Positions 1 to 9,802 of a DNA stretch of 64,000 nt are shown here, one piece after another. Each line of letters begins with the position of its first letter. Within the stretch, counting starts at the first letter, position 1. This stretch comes from Elusimicrobia bacterium RIFOXYA12_FULL_51_18 (lineage in GTDB: Bacteria > Elusimicrobiota > Elusimicrobia > Elusimicrobiales > UBA9959), in contig MGVA01000059.1 of NCBI GenBank assembly GCA_001800245.1, forward strand, positions 1,810 through 65,809, read 5' to 3'. The translations under genes and the position numbers were made by a program. The notes beneath the pieces are model-generated. The model ran no database searches, was not told the DNA's origin, and saw only the letters and a list, made by a program, of their open reading frames with translations.

Positions 1-19
1 GTCTAATATTTACAGAAGC

Positions 20-2668
20 GTGGGCAACGTAGGCATCGGGAATACGAATCCCGGATATAAGTTGGTTGCTGATGGAGATACAAACGGGGCGCTTATCCCG
101 GCGGTATTCAGAAATATAAATACAGGCAGTTCCGCTTATGCTGAAATTAATGTGGTTTCAGGCGCGTCTAAATTAAGGCTTGGTGTTACTGACGACGCAT
201 ATGCTGGTTGGACCGGCGGTTCGTTTGTTTATTCTACCGATACTAATGGGCGGCTTGCATTGGGAACGGCGAGTTCCGAGAGGGTAACCATAAGTTCAGG
301 CGGATATGTCGGTATCGGGACTACGACCCCGCAACTTCCGTTGGATATCTACTCTGGCACACTTGCGATCATGCAAGTTCAAGGCCCCTCCACATTGAAC
401 AAAGGAATATATCTTACCGATAGTACGAACAATAGGACTTGGGCTATATCTCATTCGAACAATAATCTCTTTCAACTGGCTTACTACAACGGTTCGTCAT
501 GGATGTCTCCACAGCCTATAACGGTTGACACGGGCGGTGACGTAGGCATCGGTACCACGAACCCGACGCATAGATTAAGAGTGGAAGGAGATGTACTGGC
601 GACATCATCAATAACGGCCAGCGGCGACATCTCCGCGGCGCGTTACATGATAAACGGCAGCACGGTGCTTGCGATCTTGCCCGGCATCGGCAATTTTGCC
701 GTGGGGCCGGATATAAGCACCGGCAGTACGGGGGATTATAATGTGTTTGTCGGTTCCAGCGCCGGCCGCAGCCTCACTGATGGCAATAATAATGCTTTCC
801 TGGGATATAATGCCGGCCGTAGTAATAGTAGGGGTACTAGCAACACTTTTGTGGGGTTTCAGGCCGGATATAAGGATACACTGGCCTCAAGCAACACTTT
901 TGTGGGGGCCTATGCCGGTTACAATGAAAGCACCGGGTATGCCAACGCTTTCTTTGGGTATTATGCCGGAGGCACAAACACCACTGCCAGCGCCAACTCT
1001 TTCGTAGGTTGGTATGCCGGCGGTTCAAATCAAACTGGATCGAGTAACGTTTTTATGGGGTATAATGCGGGCCGCACCAACGTTTCGGGAGTAGGTAATG
1101 TTTTCCTGGGGCAATCTGCCGGCTACGCCAACACGGCCTCATATAACGTTTTTCTTGGATATAATGCCGGTTACAATAACAGTAGCGGCAAAGAGAATTC
1201 TTTCCTGGGGACTCAGGCCGGCGTGGGTACTACTACGGGTGGAAACAACACCTTCGTGGGGTATAGGGCCGCTCTCAGTAATACCACAGGCTCCACTAAT
1301 ACTATCGTGGGGTATATGGCCGGTTATTTCACCCAGACAGGTTCGGCTAATGCCATATTCGGCAATGACGCGGGGTTTGGTGCAACCGGCCAATCTTTCT
1401 CCAGTACAACGCTTGTGGGTTACAGGGCTGGATTCGGGCTTACGACCGGCAATGATAATATTCTGGTGGGCTTCAAGGCCGGATACAATATAACCAGTGG
1501 CACAGGCAATATTATTATTGGTTATGATAAAGCCGCGCCTGCCGCTACCACAAGCAATCACCTTAGTATCGGCGGCATTGTTGACGGCGATCTGGTTTCC
1601 GGCAATATCGGTATTGGTACTACGGCGCCTACGGATAAATTGGAGGTTAGGGCCACAGTTCCCAGCCAGGCGGCGATTTCCGGCTCTATAACCGCTACAT
1701 CCGGGACAAATTATGGAGTGTACGGGCAAGCGACCGGTGTGGGAGCGACAACAAATTATGGCGGATATTTTTATGCAACCGGAGCGACTTACAATTATGC
1801 ATTGAGGGCTGTCGGAGATATCGAAATGCACGGTTCACGGGCGGCGCCCGCATATATTAAAGCACAGGGAGAGATGGATGATTCTCAGCTCATCCTGAAG
1901 GCGGGCAGCAGCGCTGGATATTTTGGCGCAATCAGCGTGTCGGGATGGGACGGGACAGGGGTAGCGTCGCATATTTATATGACTACCGCGGGTAATGAGC
2001 GGCTGCGCATAGACAATAGCGGCAATGTCGGTATAGGGACGGCGAGTCCGGGGGCGGTACTGGATGTAAAAGGTGGCGAAATAAGGCACCGTTATGACTC
2101 CGCTTTTCATTCATTTTATAACACCGCTGGTACGGCCCGGACCGGATTTCTCCAGATGACCACCAGTGCCAGTTACCTGGTTACTGAACTTAATAATCCA
2201 ATGTATTTTCGTACCAATAACACGGATAGAATAAGTATAACAGCCGCCGGCAATGTCGGCATCGGTACTACGGCGCCGGGGTATGCTTTAACCGTCGTCG
2301 GAACCGCCTGGGTGACAAGCTCCGCCTGGTCCGGTTCGGATAAACGCTGGAAAAAGAACATAACTCCCTTGCAGAGTTCGTTAAGTAAAATTATGCGGCT
2401 CAACCCCGTGGACTTTGATTGGCGCAAAGATGAATTCCCGGGTTTGAATTTAGCTGAAGGCCGCCAGATAGGATTTATAGCCCAGGAGGTTGAAAGTGTT
2501 ATACCCGAAGTGGTTACAACCAATAAGGAAGGTTATAAAGGCATATCGTACGAACAAATAGTGCCGGTGCTTACCAAAGCCGTACAGGAACAGCAGGCGC
2601 AGATAGATTCCCAGCAAAAAGAAATAGTAGAGTTAAAAGCGAAAATATCCGAGATTACCGGCCATTGA
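20..2668 (+). CDS. Tail-fibre-like repeat protein with C-terminal intramolecular-chaperone (Peptidase_S74-type) domain; N-terminus probably cut by the window edge
   Basis: 882-aa ORF open from the window start. It has recurring GNVGIGTTxP modules and a long run of Gly/Asn/Thr repeats (NTFVGYxAGxxNTTGSxN). The C-terminus reads SDKRWKKNI...GFIAQEVESVIPEVV...ISYEQIVPVLTKAVQEQQAQI plus a coiled coil, as in tail-spike/endosialidase chaperone domains. Confidence 0.7.
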   Translation: MGNVGIGNTNPGYKLVADGDTNGALIPAVFRNINTGSSAYAEINVVSGASKLRLGVTDDAYAGWTGGSFVYSTDTNGRLALGTASSERVTISSGGYVGIGTTTPQLPLDIYSGTLAIMQVQGPSTLNKGIYLTDSTNNRTWAISHSNNNLFQLAYYNGSSWMSPQPITVDTGGDVGIGTTNPTHRLRVEGDVLATSSITASGDISAARYMINGSTVLAILPGIGNFAVGPDISTGSTGDYNVFVGSSAGRSLTDGNNNAFLGYNAGRSNSRGTSNTFVGFQAGYKDTLASSNTFVGAYAGYNESTGYANAFFGYYAGGTNTTASANSFVGWYAGGSNQTGSSNVFMGYNAGRTNVSGVGNVFLGQSAGYANTASYNVFLGYNAGYNNSSGKENSFLGTQAGVGTTTGGNNTFVGYRAALSNTTGSTNTIVGYMAGYFTQTGSANAIFGNDAGFGATGQSFSSTTLVGYRAGFGLTTGNDNILVGFKAGYNITSGTGNIIIGYDKAAPAATTSNHLSIGGIVDGDLVSGNIGIGTTAPTDKLEVRATVPSQAAISGSITATSGTNYGVYGQATGVGATTNYGGYFYATGATYNYALRAVGDIEMHGSRAAPAYIKAQGEMDDSQLILKAGSSAGYFGAISVSGWDGTGVASHIYMTTAGNERLRIDNSGNVGIGTASPGAVLDVKGGEIRHRYDSAFHSFYNTAGTARTGFLQMTTSASYLVTELNNPMYFRTNNTDRISITAAGNVGIGTTAPGYALTVVGTAWVTSSAWSGSDKRWKKNITPLQSSLSKIMRLNPVDFDWRKDEFPGLNLAEGRQIGFIAQEVESVIPEVVTTNKEGYKGISYEQIVPVLTKAVQEQQAQIDSQQKEIVELKAKISEITGH

Positions 2669-2770
2669 CTTGGCGGTCTGCCGGTCCCTCTTTTTAGAGG
2701 CTTTGTCTTCCTGGTCTTGGCGGAAAAATCCAGTTTGCAAAAATAGAGCCGCTTTTGTTAAACTAATGCC

Positions 2771-4159
2771 ATGAGCATGGCCAAGCTTCTCCTTGCGGCG
2801 ATTATATTGTTCCCCCCCCATCTTTGTTCAGCGGAAGTTAAATTAGAGACACCGGTAATTCCTGAACAAATTTTAATAGAAAATACGGCAAACGGAAAAA
2901 TACTGGCCTATTTTAAGAGTGCCGCCGAGCCTGTCCGGATCGGCAGCGTCTTAAAGCCGCTAGAAGAAGACCTGTCCGTCATAACGGTTCCGGGTTTTAC
3001 CGCCGCAAATTTTTTTAAAAAAAATTCCTGCGTGGTGGCTTCCGCCGCTAATGCGATACATGTGAGAGTAAGAGAAAACGCCGGCGGAATGGCGATGCTT
3101 TTCTCTTTCGTTCCCAACGAGTATTATTCACTGGATCATTCAAGTTATACCAGCTATTCCGGAGCCTCTGTCTATACGGATATTCCCGGCGGGACCGGTC
3201 TTTTCGGCAGGGAATATTCGCCCTTCCTGGGCAATGAGATCCTTGTGAAAAGGGACGGGAATTGGGCTAAAATGGATTCTGTTCCCGGTTATAAACCAAA
3301 ACTTGGAGATGTGTGGGCGATAAAGATCACCCTGCCCGCAAAACAAATTACCGAAGTTAGATTCCAGAACAAGATTAACGGCGAGGTTACGGTTAAATTT
3401 GAGGACGGAACGGCCCGGTTGGCGGCAAGGGTCATAAGGCCAGTCCGCGGAGTGGGCGGGTTTACCGGAGCGGTTTTTGCGGGCAGCGGGCAGATGCGGG
3501 CTCACCATCCGGGCGTGGTTGAAATCGCGACCAGTAAGCGGTTTGTGCATGTGGACGCGGCATTTAATCCTCCTCAGGGGGAAGGTAAGCCCAGCGCGTT
3601 CCAGATCGTGCCGTTCGCCCACACGGAAGATTATGCCGGGCCCGGAGACGGTTTCGGCGGAGAAGGCTTTTTCGGTTATGCGCGCACGGTGCCGGTGTAT
3701 CTGCTGCTGGACGCGCCCGGTACAAAATTTGAAACGCTCGATAAATTCCCGGACGGAGACCCCACCGCCGCTCTGAGGCGCCGGTTTATGAAAGAGCTTA
3801 GAAAAAACAGCATGTCCCCCCCCCAGACGCTTGCCTCGTTCAGCGAAATTCCTTATGCAAAAGAAGTCGCTGCCCGGTATAAAAATATCGAGGACTATTT
3901 CGAAATAGGCGACAGGGACGGCTCCGCTGTGTTCGGCAGGCTGGTGCGTCCGGCGGAAAAAGAAGAGCCGATGTACGCGCATGGGTTGCTTTTCGGCGAG
4001 GGCTGGCTGCGCCCGCGCGAAGGCGAAATTAAAGTCAGAAAAACAGGCTCATCCGATTTAGTGGCGCCGCCTGAGTTTAACCAGGGCAAGGATTTGAAAG
4101 CTTTGGCCGATTGGGAAGAGATCATATTATATCCGCCTCTGAGAGGAGACACAAAATGA
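2771..4159 (+). CDS. Hypothetical secreted protein (signal peptide)
   Basis: 462-aa ORF with N-terminal MSMAKLLLAAIILFPPHLCSAEV. No family recognised. The stop overlaps the next start as ATGA at 4156-4159. Confidence 0.6.
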   Translation: MSMAKLLLAAIILFPPHLCSAEVKLETPVIPEQILIENTANGKILAYFKSAAEPVRIGSVLKPLEEDLSVITVPGFTAANFFKKNSCVVASAANAIHVRVRENAGGMAMLFSFVPNEYYSLDHSSYTSYSGASVYTDIPGGTGLFGREYSPFLGNEILVKRDGNWAKMDSVPGYKPKLGDVWAIKITLPAKQITEVRFQNKINGEVTVKFEDGTARLAARVIRPVRGVGGFTGAVFAGSGQMRAHHPGVVEIATSKRFVHVDAAFNPPQGEGKPSAFQIVPFAHTEDYAGPGDGFGGEGFFGYARTVPVYLLLDAPGTKFETLDKFPDGDPTAALRRRFMKELRKNSMSPPQTLASFSEIPYAKEVAARYKNIEDYFEIGDRDGSAVFGRLVRPAEKEEPMYAHGLLFGEGWLRPREGEIKVRKTGSSDLVAPPEFNQGKDLKALADWEEIILYPPLRGDTK

Positions 4160-5622
4160 CAGGATTGCTGATACTGGCTGTATTCGTCGCGCTTGCGGTA
4201 ATGATGTATCTAGGCAAAATGCCGGCTATTCTGGCGCTGCCGGTGCTCGCCATCGCGCTGACCCTCGCGGCGGGAACTCCGTTTTACTTTGCCGCTTCAT
4301 CGGCGGATCTTTCTTTTCTGAACCGGCTTTCCGGAGCGTTGAGCGATTCTATGCAGCTTGCTTTCGGAGTTGTGGTGGCCGACGGTATAGGGCGGCTGCA
4401 GGTCGCCATCTTCACGGTGATGATAGGCGGAGTGTTCGGATATTTTCTCAAGCTTTCAGGAGTGGGCGAATCGCTGGTGAGGAAAGTGGCCGAGCTTGCG
4501 GGCGATAAGCCCTTCAGCCTGTGCCTGATCCTGACGCTGGTCGTCACCTTCCTTTTTACGACCCTTTCCGGCCTGGGCTCGGTCATTCTGGTGGCCAATG
4601 TTTATTTCCCGGTGCTGCTTTCTCTCGGAGTCCCCCCGCTTATAGCGGGATCCCTGTTCCTTATGGGGTTTTCCCTCGGCGGCGTGTTCAATATAGTGAA
4701 CTGGGCTTTTTATACCGACCTTCTTAATATGTCGCAGCAGGATGTGATGAAATTCGCGCTCCCTTTCGGAATGATCTTCTTTGCGGTACTGCTTGTTTTC
4801 CTTGTGGTGGAATTTAAAAAGGCGAGGCTGCCTGTGCCTGTGGACTCGCTTGTTAAATCCGTGTTGGGTATCATACTCCTTGTGGCACTGGCCGTGTGGC
4901 TTAAATCGGGCGCGGTTTTGGGCGAAAGCTCGTATGCCGCGATTCAAATGCTGTTTAAGATCTTTATGGTCCTTCTCTTCTGCCTGCCGCTGACCACAAA
5001 AAAATATCCATGGCTGGCCATGCTCACTCCTTTTATACCGATAAGCCTTGTGCTTGTTCTGGGCTGGTCCATCAATCCGGCTTTTCTTCTGGGCATCGCT
5101 TTCCTTTTTATCGCCATAAAAAACCAGCCGGGGCAGGAATCCCTGAGCGGCCGCTCGCGCATGCTTATACAATCCATGATCGAAGGCATGCAGAGCGTAA
5201 TTCCCGCGGTGGCCGTTATGATGGGGATAGGCATGGTTCTTATCGCCGTAAACCAGCCGCCCATAAAAGCCAGCCTGAACCCCCTGCTCTTAATAGTGCT
5301 GCCCCAGAGCAAACTGTACTATATAGCTTTTTTCACCATACTCGCGCCGCTTGCGTTATATCGCGGCCCGCTCAATCTCTGGGGTATGGGCAGCGGCCTG
5401 ATGGGGCTTATGCAGCAGACGGGGCTTTTATCGGGGTTTTCGCTTTTGGCGGCGTTTTTCTCTACCGGGCAGATCCAGGGGGTGTGCGACCCGACAAATA
5501 CTCATAACGTGTGGATCGCAAACCAGCTTAAAATAGAGCTTAACGCCATACTTACGAAAACACTGCCTTATATCTGGGTACTCGCATTTCTAGGATTAAT
5601 ACTGGGGGCTTATGGCGGATAA
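4156..5622 (+). CDS. Polytopic membrane permease (ion-transporter superfamily, GntP/CitMHS/DcuC-like)
   Basis: Start moved to the ATG at 4156, preceded by gagaggag. The protein is hydrophobic throughout with about 12 predicted TM stretches. Family assignment is tentative. Confidence 0.6.
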   Translation: MTGLLILAVFVALAVMMYLGKMPAILALPVLAIALTLAAGTPFYFAASSADLSFLNRLSGALSDSMQLAFGVVVADGIGRLQVAIFTVMIGGVFGYFLKLSGVGESLVRKVAELAGDKPFSLCLILTLVVTFLFTTLSGLGSVILVANVYFPVLLSLGVPPLIAGSLFLMGFSLGGVFNIVNWAFYTDLLNMSQQDVMKFALPFGMIFFAVLLVFLVVEFKKARLPVPVDSLVKSVLGIILLVALAVWLKSGAVLGESSYAAIQMLFKIFMVLLFCLPLTTKKYPWLAMLTPFIPISLVLVLGWSINPAFLLGIAFLFIAIKNQPGQESLSGRSRMLIQSMIEGMQSVIPAVAVMMGIGMVLIAVNQPPIKASLNPLLLIVLPQSKLYYIAFFTILAPLALYRGPLNLWGMGSGLMGLMQQTGLLSGFSLLAAFFSTGQIQGVCDPTNTHNVWIANQLKIELNAILTKTLPYIWVLAFLGLILGAYGG

Positions 5623-7762
5623 AGTAAGGATCGGAATAGACGTAGGCGGAACATTCACTCATGCGGTGGCTTTGGCCGGCGACAAATATGAAATGCTGAG
5701 CCAATCCAAGGTTCCCACAACCCATACGGCCGAAGAAGGGGTCGCGCTCGGAATAATACACAGCCTTGAAGAGATAATGAAAGCCGGTATTAAACCGTCG
5801 GATGTTATCCGGGTGGCCCATTCCACAACCCAGGCCACGAACGCCCTTCTTGAAGGCGATGTGAGCGCGGTCGGCATCCTTTCCGTCGGATACGGCCTTG
5901 AAGGCAAAGGCGTGAAATCGCAGGCCAATCTTGATCCCATAGAGCTTGCGCCCGGCAGATTTTTGAAAATATTCCACCGGTACATAGATTCAAAGGACGC
6001 GCCCGACGATAAAACCATTTCAGCGGCGTTGGACGAGCTTGTGAAGGAAGGCGCGGGCGCGATAGTGGCCGCGACCGCTTTCAGCGTTGATAAACCTGAA
6101 ATTGAAAAAAAAGTAATGGAAACGGCCCTGAGGATGGGGCTTCCCGCCACGGCCACGCATGAAGTGTCCCAGCTTTACGGGCTTAAGGCCCGCACCAGAA
6201 CCGCCGCCATAAACGCGGCCATTCTGCCGAAAATGATCCATACCGCGGTGCAGACCGAGAAAGCCGTAAGGAAAATGGGCATCACCGCCCCCCTTGTGGT
6301 GATGCGTTCCGACGGCGGCGCTATGGATATAAACGAAATGAAAAAGCGCCCGATCCTCACTCTCCTTTCCGGCCCCGCGGCGGGAGTGGCCGCCGCGCTT
6401 ATGGCCGCCAAAATTTCCGACGGCGTTTTTCTGGAAGTGGGCGGCACCTCCACGGACATCTCCTGTATAGTCAACGGCCATCCGTCCATTAAGATGGCCC
6501 AGGTGGGCGGCCACAGGCTTTATCTTGACACGCTTGACGTGAGAACATTGGGCATAGCGGGCGGCTCGCTGTTCAGGATAAACGCGCACAAGCATGTTGA
6601 AGGCGTCGGCCCCAGAAGCGCGCATATCGCGGGGCTCAAATACAGCGCTTTTCCGGGAGCAAAACCTATAACTGAAAAAGCGGCTATAAAAATGTTTTCT
6701 CCCGGAGCGAACGAGCCGCAGTGTTATACCTCCATAGAGGATGACGGAGGCAAATGGACATTCACAACCACCGACGCGGCGAATTTTGCCGGCCTTCTGC
6801 CTGAAAACGATTATTCACGGGGCGATCTGGCTTCGGTGAAACGCGCGGCCAAGCTGACGGGAGATTTTCTCGGCATAACTCCTGAAACGCTAGTGGACCG
6901 GATAATGGAAAGCGGCGCCAAACCGATAATAACCACCGTCTCGGAACTGCTTTCGGAAAAGAAACTGGACAAGGACAGGATACGGCTTGTGGGCGGCGGA
7001 GGCGGTGCAAGCGTCTGGGTCCACTATGTGGCGAACAAAATGGGCTATCCGGCTGAACTGATAGAATACGCTCCCGTTATCTCGGCTATAGGCGCGGCCA
7101 TGGCCTTATTGCAGGAAACCGTTGAAAGAACGCTTATAGACCCCAAGCCCGAGGATTTTGCCCAGATCCGGCATGATGCCGAAGCTGTGCTTATAAAATC
7201 AGGCGCAAGCCCGGAAGCCATTGAGGTGCGGGTTGAGGTTGACAGCCAGCGCGGCATACTCCGGGCTACGGCAGTTGGTTCGCATGAAATGACGCTTGCC
7301 GGCTCAAAACTTACGGAAGACGAAATGAAAGCTAAAGCCGCCGAACTGTTGAAATCAGATATCGGCAAAGTTGTAGTGGCGGCAAAGACCGCTAACTTTT
7401 ACGTGTTTCAAGCTGAAATTGAAACTAAAAAATTATGGGGCCTCATAAAAACGAAAAGAAAGCCATGGGTTGTGCTGGACCAGCGCGGACGGGCGCGTTT
7501 CGGCGCCTCGCATGGCGAAATAGTCTCTATCGAGGCTAATCATCTTTTGTCGGCGCTTTCTTCCACGCTTGAGAAATATTCCGCGTTCGGCGACGCCGGT
7601 AAGATCCTGCCCGCCGCGTTCCTGGTCACAAACAACCGGACCGTGGATCTTTCAGGGCTGGTTTCAGCCGAGCAGATGGCGCCCATCTGCCAGGAGGAGC
7701 TAAAAAAGATGAAAATGGAAGATAATGTGGTTATAGCGGTCAATCTGGAAGGAGCTATATGA
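5612..7762 (+). CDS. Hydantoinase/oxoprolinase A-family (HyuA-like, ASKHA-fold) protein
   Basis: 716 aa. N-terminal RIGIDVGGTFTHAV phosphate-1 motif and later LEVGGTSTDIS, typical of Hydant_A_N/Hydantoinase_A. The start overlaps the permease stop. Confidence 0.75.
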   Translation: MADKVRIGIDVGGTFTHAVALAGDKYEMLSQSKVPTTHTAEEGVALGIIHSLEEIMKAGIKPSDVIRVAHSTTQATNALLEGDVSAVGILSVGYGLEGKGVKSQANLDPIELAPGRFLKIFHRYIDSKDAPDDKTISAALDELVKEGAGAIVAATAFSVDKPEIEKKVMETALRMGLPATATHEVSQLYGLKARTRTAAINAAILPKMIHTAVQTEKAVRKMGITAPLVVMRSDGGAMDINEMKKRPILTLLSGPAAGVAAALMAAKISDGVFLEVGGTSTDISCIVNGHPSIKMAQVGGHRLYLDTLDVRTLGIAGGSLFRINAHKHVEGVGPRSAHIAGLKYSAFPGAKPITEKAAIKMFSPGANEPQCYTSIEDDGGKWTFTTTDAANFAGLLPENDYSRGDLASVKRAAKLTGDFLGITPETLVDRIMESGAKPIITTVSELLSEKKLDKDRIRLVGGGGGASVWVHYVANKMGYPAELIEYAPVISAIGAAMALLQETVERTLIDPKPEDFAQIRHDAEAVLIKSGASPEAIEVRVEVDSQRGILRATAVGSHEMTLAGSKLTEDEMKAKAAELLKSDIGKVVVAAKTANFYVFQAEIETKKLWGLIKTKRKPWVVLDQRGRARFGASHGEIVSIEANHLLSALSSTLEKYSAFGDAGKILPAAFLVTNNRTVDLSGLVSAEQMAPICQEELKKMKMEDNVVIAVNLEGAI

Positions 7763-8436
7763 GCAGGATCAAACAGCTGCTTGATAAAAAAAAGTTTTTG
7801 GTAGTGGTAAGCCTTCCCAAAAACGACCCGGCGCTGGCGCGGGCGGCTTTTGACGCCGGTGCTCATGCGGTAAAGGTCCACACGAACGTGACGCACAAGG
7901 CGAGCGGAACTTTTTTCGGAAGCTGGAAAGAAGAAAGAGCCGTCATCAGCCGCATAATCAAAAACGCAAAAGGCCCGGTGGGGATCATGCCGGGGTCTGC
8001 GATAGTGCCGTCGTTAGACGAAATGAAGGAAGCCTCGGATCTGGGTATTGATTTTTTGGATATATACGATTTCGATATGCCCGCCTGGATGCTGAAGCTT
8101 AATATGGGGAAAATGGTGGCCGCCGGCCATGAGTTTACGATAAAACGGGTTCAAGCTCTTGAAAAACTTGGAATGGATTTTCTTGAGGCGTCCGTGGTGC
8201 CTTCGGAATTATACAGAACCACGCTTAAAGTGAAGGACCTTGAAAATTATTCGCTGCTGGCATCGGCGGTAAAAAAACCGGTTCTTGTTCCCACGCAGAA
8301 AAAAATAGAGCCGTCCGAAATTACGCTCCTGAAGAAAACCGGAGTAAAGGGACTTGTCCTGGGCACTATCGCCATAGGCGCCACTCCTGAAAGTTTTGCC
8401 GAGCGAATTCCGTTATTTTTAGATGCCGCAAAATAA
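7759..8436 (+). CDS. Hypothetical protein, possibly a TIM-barrel (NanE/BtpA-like) fold
   Basis: 225-aa ORF with an ATGA overlap to the upstream gene. Alternating beta/alpha-like pattern (VVVSLPKND...GAHAVKVHTN...GIMPGS...VLVPTQ...GLVLGT). Fold assignment is weak. Confidence 0.5.
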   Translation: MSRIKQLLDKKKFLVVVSLPKNDPALARAAFDAGAHAVKVHTNVTHKASGTFFGSWKEERAVISRIIKNAKGPVGIMPGSAIVPSLDEMKEASDLGIDFLDIYDFDMPAWMLKLNMGKMVAAGHEFTIKRVQALEKLGMDFLEASVVPSELYRTTLKVKDLENYSLLASAVKKPVLVPTQKKIEPSEITLLKKTGVKGLVLGTIAIGATPESFAERIPLFLDAAK

Positions 8437-9802
8437 AACCATCGGATTTATTCCCCAGGACAACAGGCCTGTTTCTTTCCGCCAGCCTGTAATGGCCGCG
8501 CGGCTGGCGGGCTGTAAAATTCTCACTCCCCCCTCCGGACTTCTGGGATACCGCACAAAGCCCGGAGACTGCGATAAAATATCGGAATGGTTTATTGAGA
8601 GCTTTCCAAAGGCTGACGGCTGGGTTGTCTCGCTTGATATGCTGGCTTACGGCGGGCTTGTCGCGTCGCGCGAACTGTTGGAAAGCCTTTCAAACTCTAT
8701 GCGGCGTATAGATACGATAAGCGAAGCAAAAAAATGCTTTCCCGCAATTCCCGTTTACGCTTTTCAGGCCATACGCAGGCTTTCTATCACGGTAAAATCC
8801 TCCGCCGATCTGCGCAACTGGAAAAAGCATCACGAAAACGATCTTCTCAAAAAATACCGGTCCAGAAATCATAAAGTAAATCTGCGCGCGATAAAGTATC
8901 TCCAAACCGGCGCGCTGGACAGGCTCTCGCTTTTGCAGGAAGACGCACGGCCGGACGGCCCGCAGTTAAAAGAGCAGAAAGCGCTGCTTGCTTTCGCCGC
9001 GGCCTCTAAAACGCGGAGCAAGCTTTGCCTGACCACCGGCGCGGATGAAGGCGCCCTGGTTCTGCTCACGCGGCTCATCAACCGGTTAGAAGGAAAAAAA
9101 ATAAAAGTAAAAGTCATTTTTTCATCGGAAAAAGGCGCGGATCGCATAGCTTTGTATGAAGACCGGCCTGTCAGGGAAACGGTTTTCGGGCAGTTAAACG
9201 CGATCGGGGCGGAAATTGCGGTAAATTCCACAAAGCCGGATTTCGAATTATACGTCTGGTGTCCGGACAGGCCGTGTGTTGACCTTGTATTTCAAGATAG
9301 AGTAAGCGGCAATCCTCTTGAACTTACGCGTTTTGTAAACTGGATCCGGAAGTCCGTTCAGAACGGCCGCAGCGTCGTAGTGGCGGATCTGGCTTACGCG
9401 AACGGGGCGGACCCGGAATTCTGCCGGATGCTTTCCAAGACTGTGGCGCTGCCCCGCCTGGCCGGGTATTCCGCCTGGAATACCGCCGCGAATGCGGCAG
9501 GTTATGCGGTCGCGCAAGGCGCGCTAAACCTTAAAGATAAACATTTCCTCGCCTTGAGGCTGATGGAAGATTGGGGGTATCAGGCTGAAATAAGAGCCGC
9601 AGCCGACCTGTATGTGAAAGCGGTGTTGAAGGGCGATGTGTGGAGCCTGACCCCGCGGAAAAAAATCCAGGCCGAAAAATATATTAAAGCGGGGCTCTGC
9701 CGCTGGGTCAAAAAAAATCTCAGCCGCTTTAATATAAATTCCTTTAGCGCCGCCCTCCCTTGGGCGAGGACGTTCGAAATGGATATATGGAATATATCGT
9801 AG
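8423..9802 (+). CDS. DUF4127-family protein
   Basis: 459 aa. N-terminal IGFIPQDNRPVS and LDMLAYGGLVASR match my recollection of DUF4127. It overlaps the upstream gene by 14 nt. Confidence 0.6.
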   Translation: MPQNKTIGFIPQDNRPVSFRQPVMAARLAGCKILTPPSGLLGYRTKPGDCDKISEWFIESFPKADGWVVSLDMLAYGGLVASRELLESLSNSMRRIDTISEAKKCFPAIPVYAFQAIRRLSITVKSSADLRNWKKHHENDLLKKYRSRNHKVNLRAIKYLQTGALDRLSLLQEDARPDGPQLKEQKALLAFAAASKTRSKLCLTTGADEGALVLLTRLINRLEGKKIKVKVIFSSEKGADRIALYEDRPVRETVFGQLNAIGAEIAVNSTKPDFELYVWCPDRPCVDLVFQDRVSGNPLELTRFVNWIRKSVQNGRSVVVADLAYANGADPEFCRMLSKTVALPRLAGYSAWNTAANAAGYAVAQGALNLKDKHFLALRLMEDWGYQAEIRAAADLYVKAVLKGDVWSLTPRKKIQAEKYIKAGLCRWVKKNLSRFNINSFSAALPWARTFEMDIWNIS

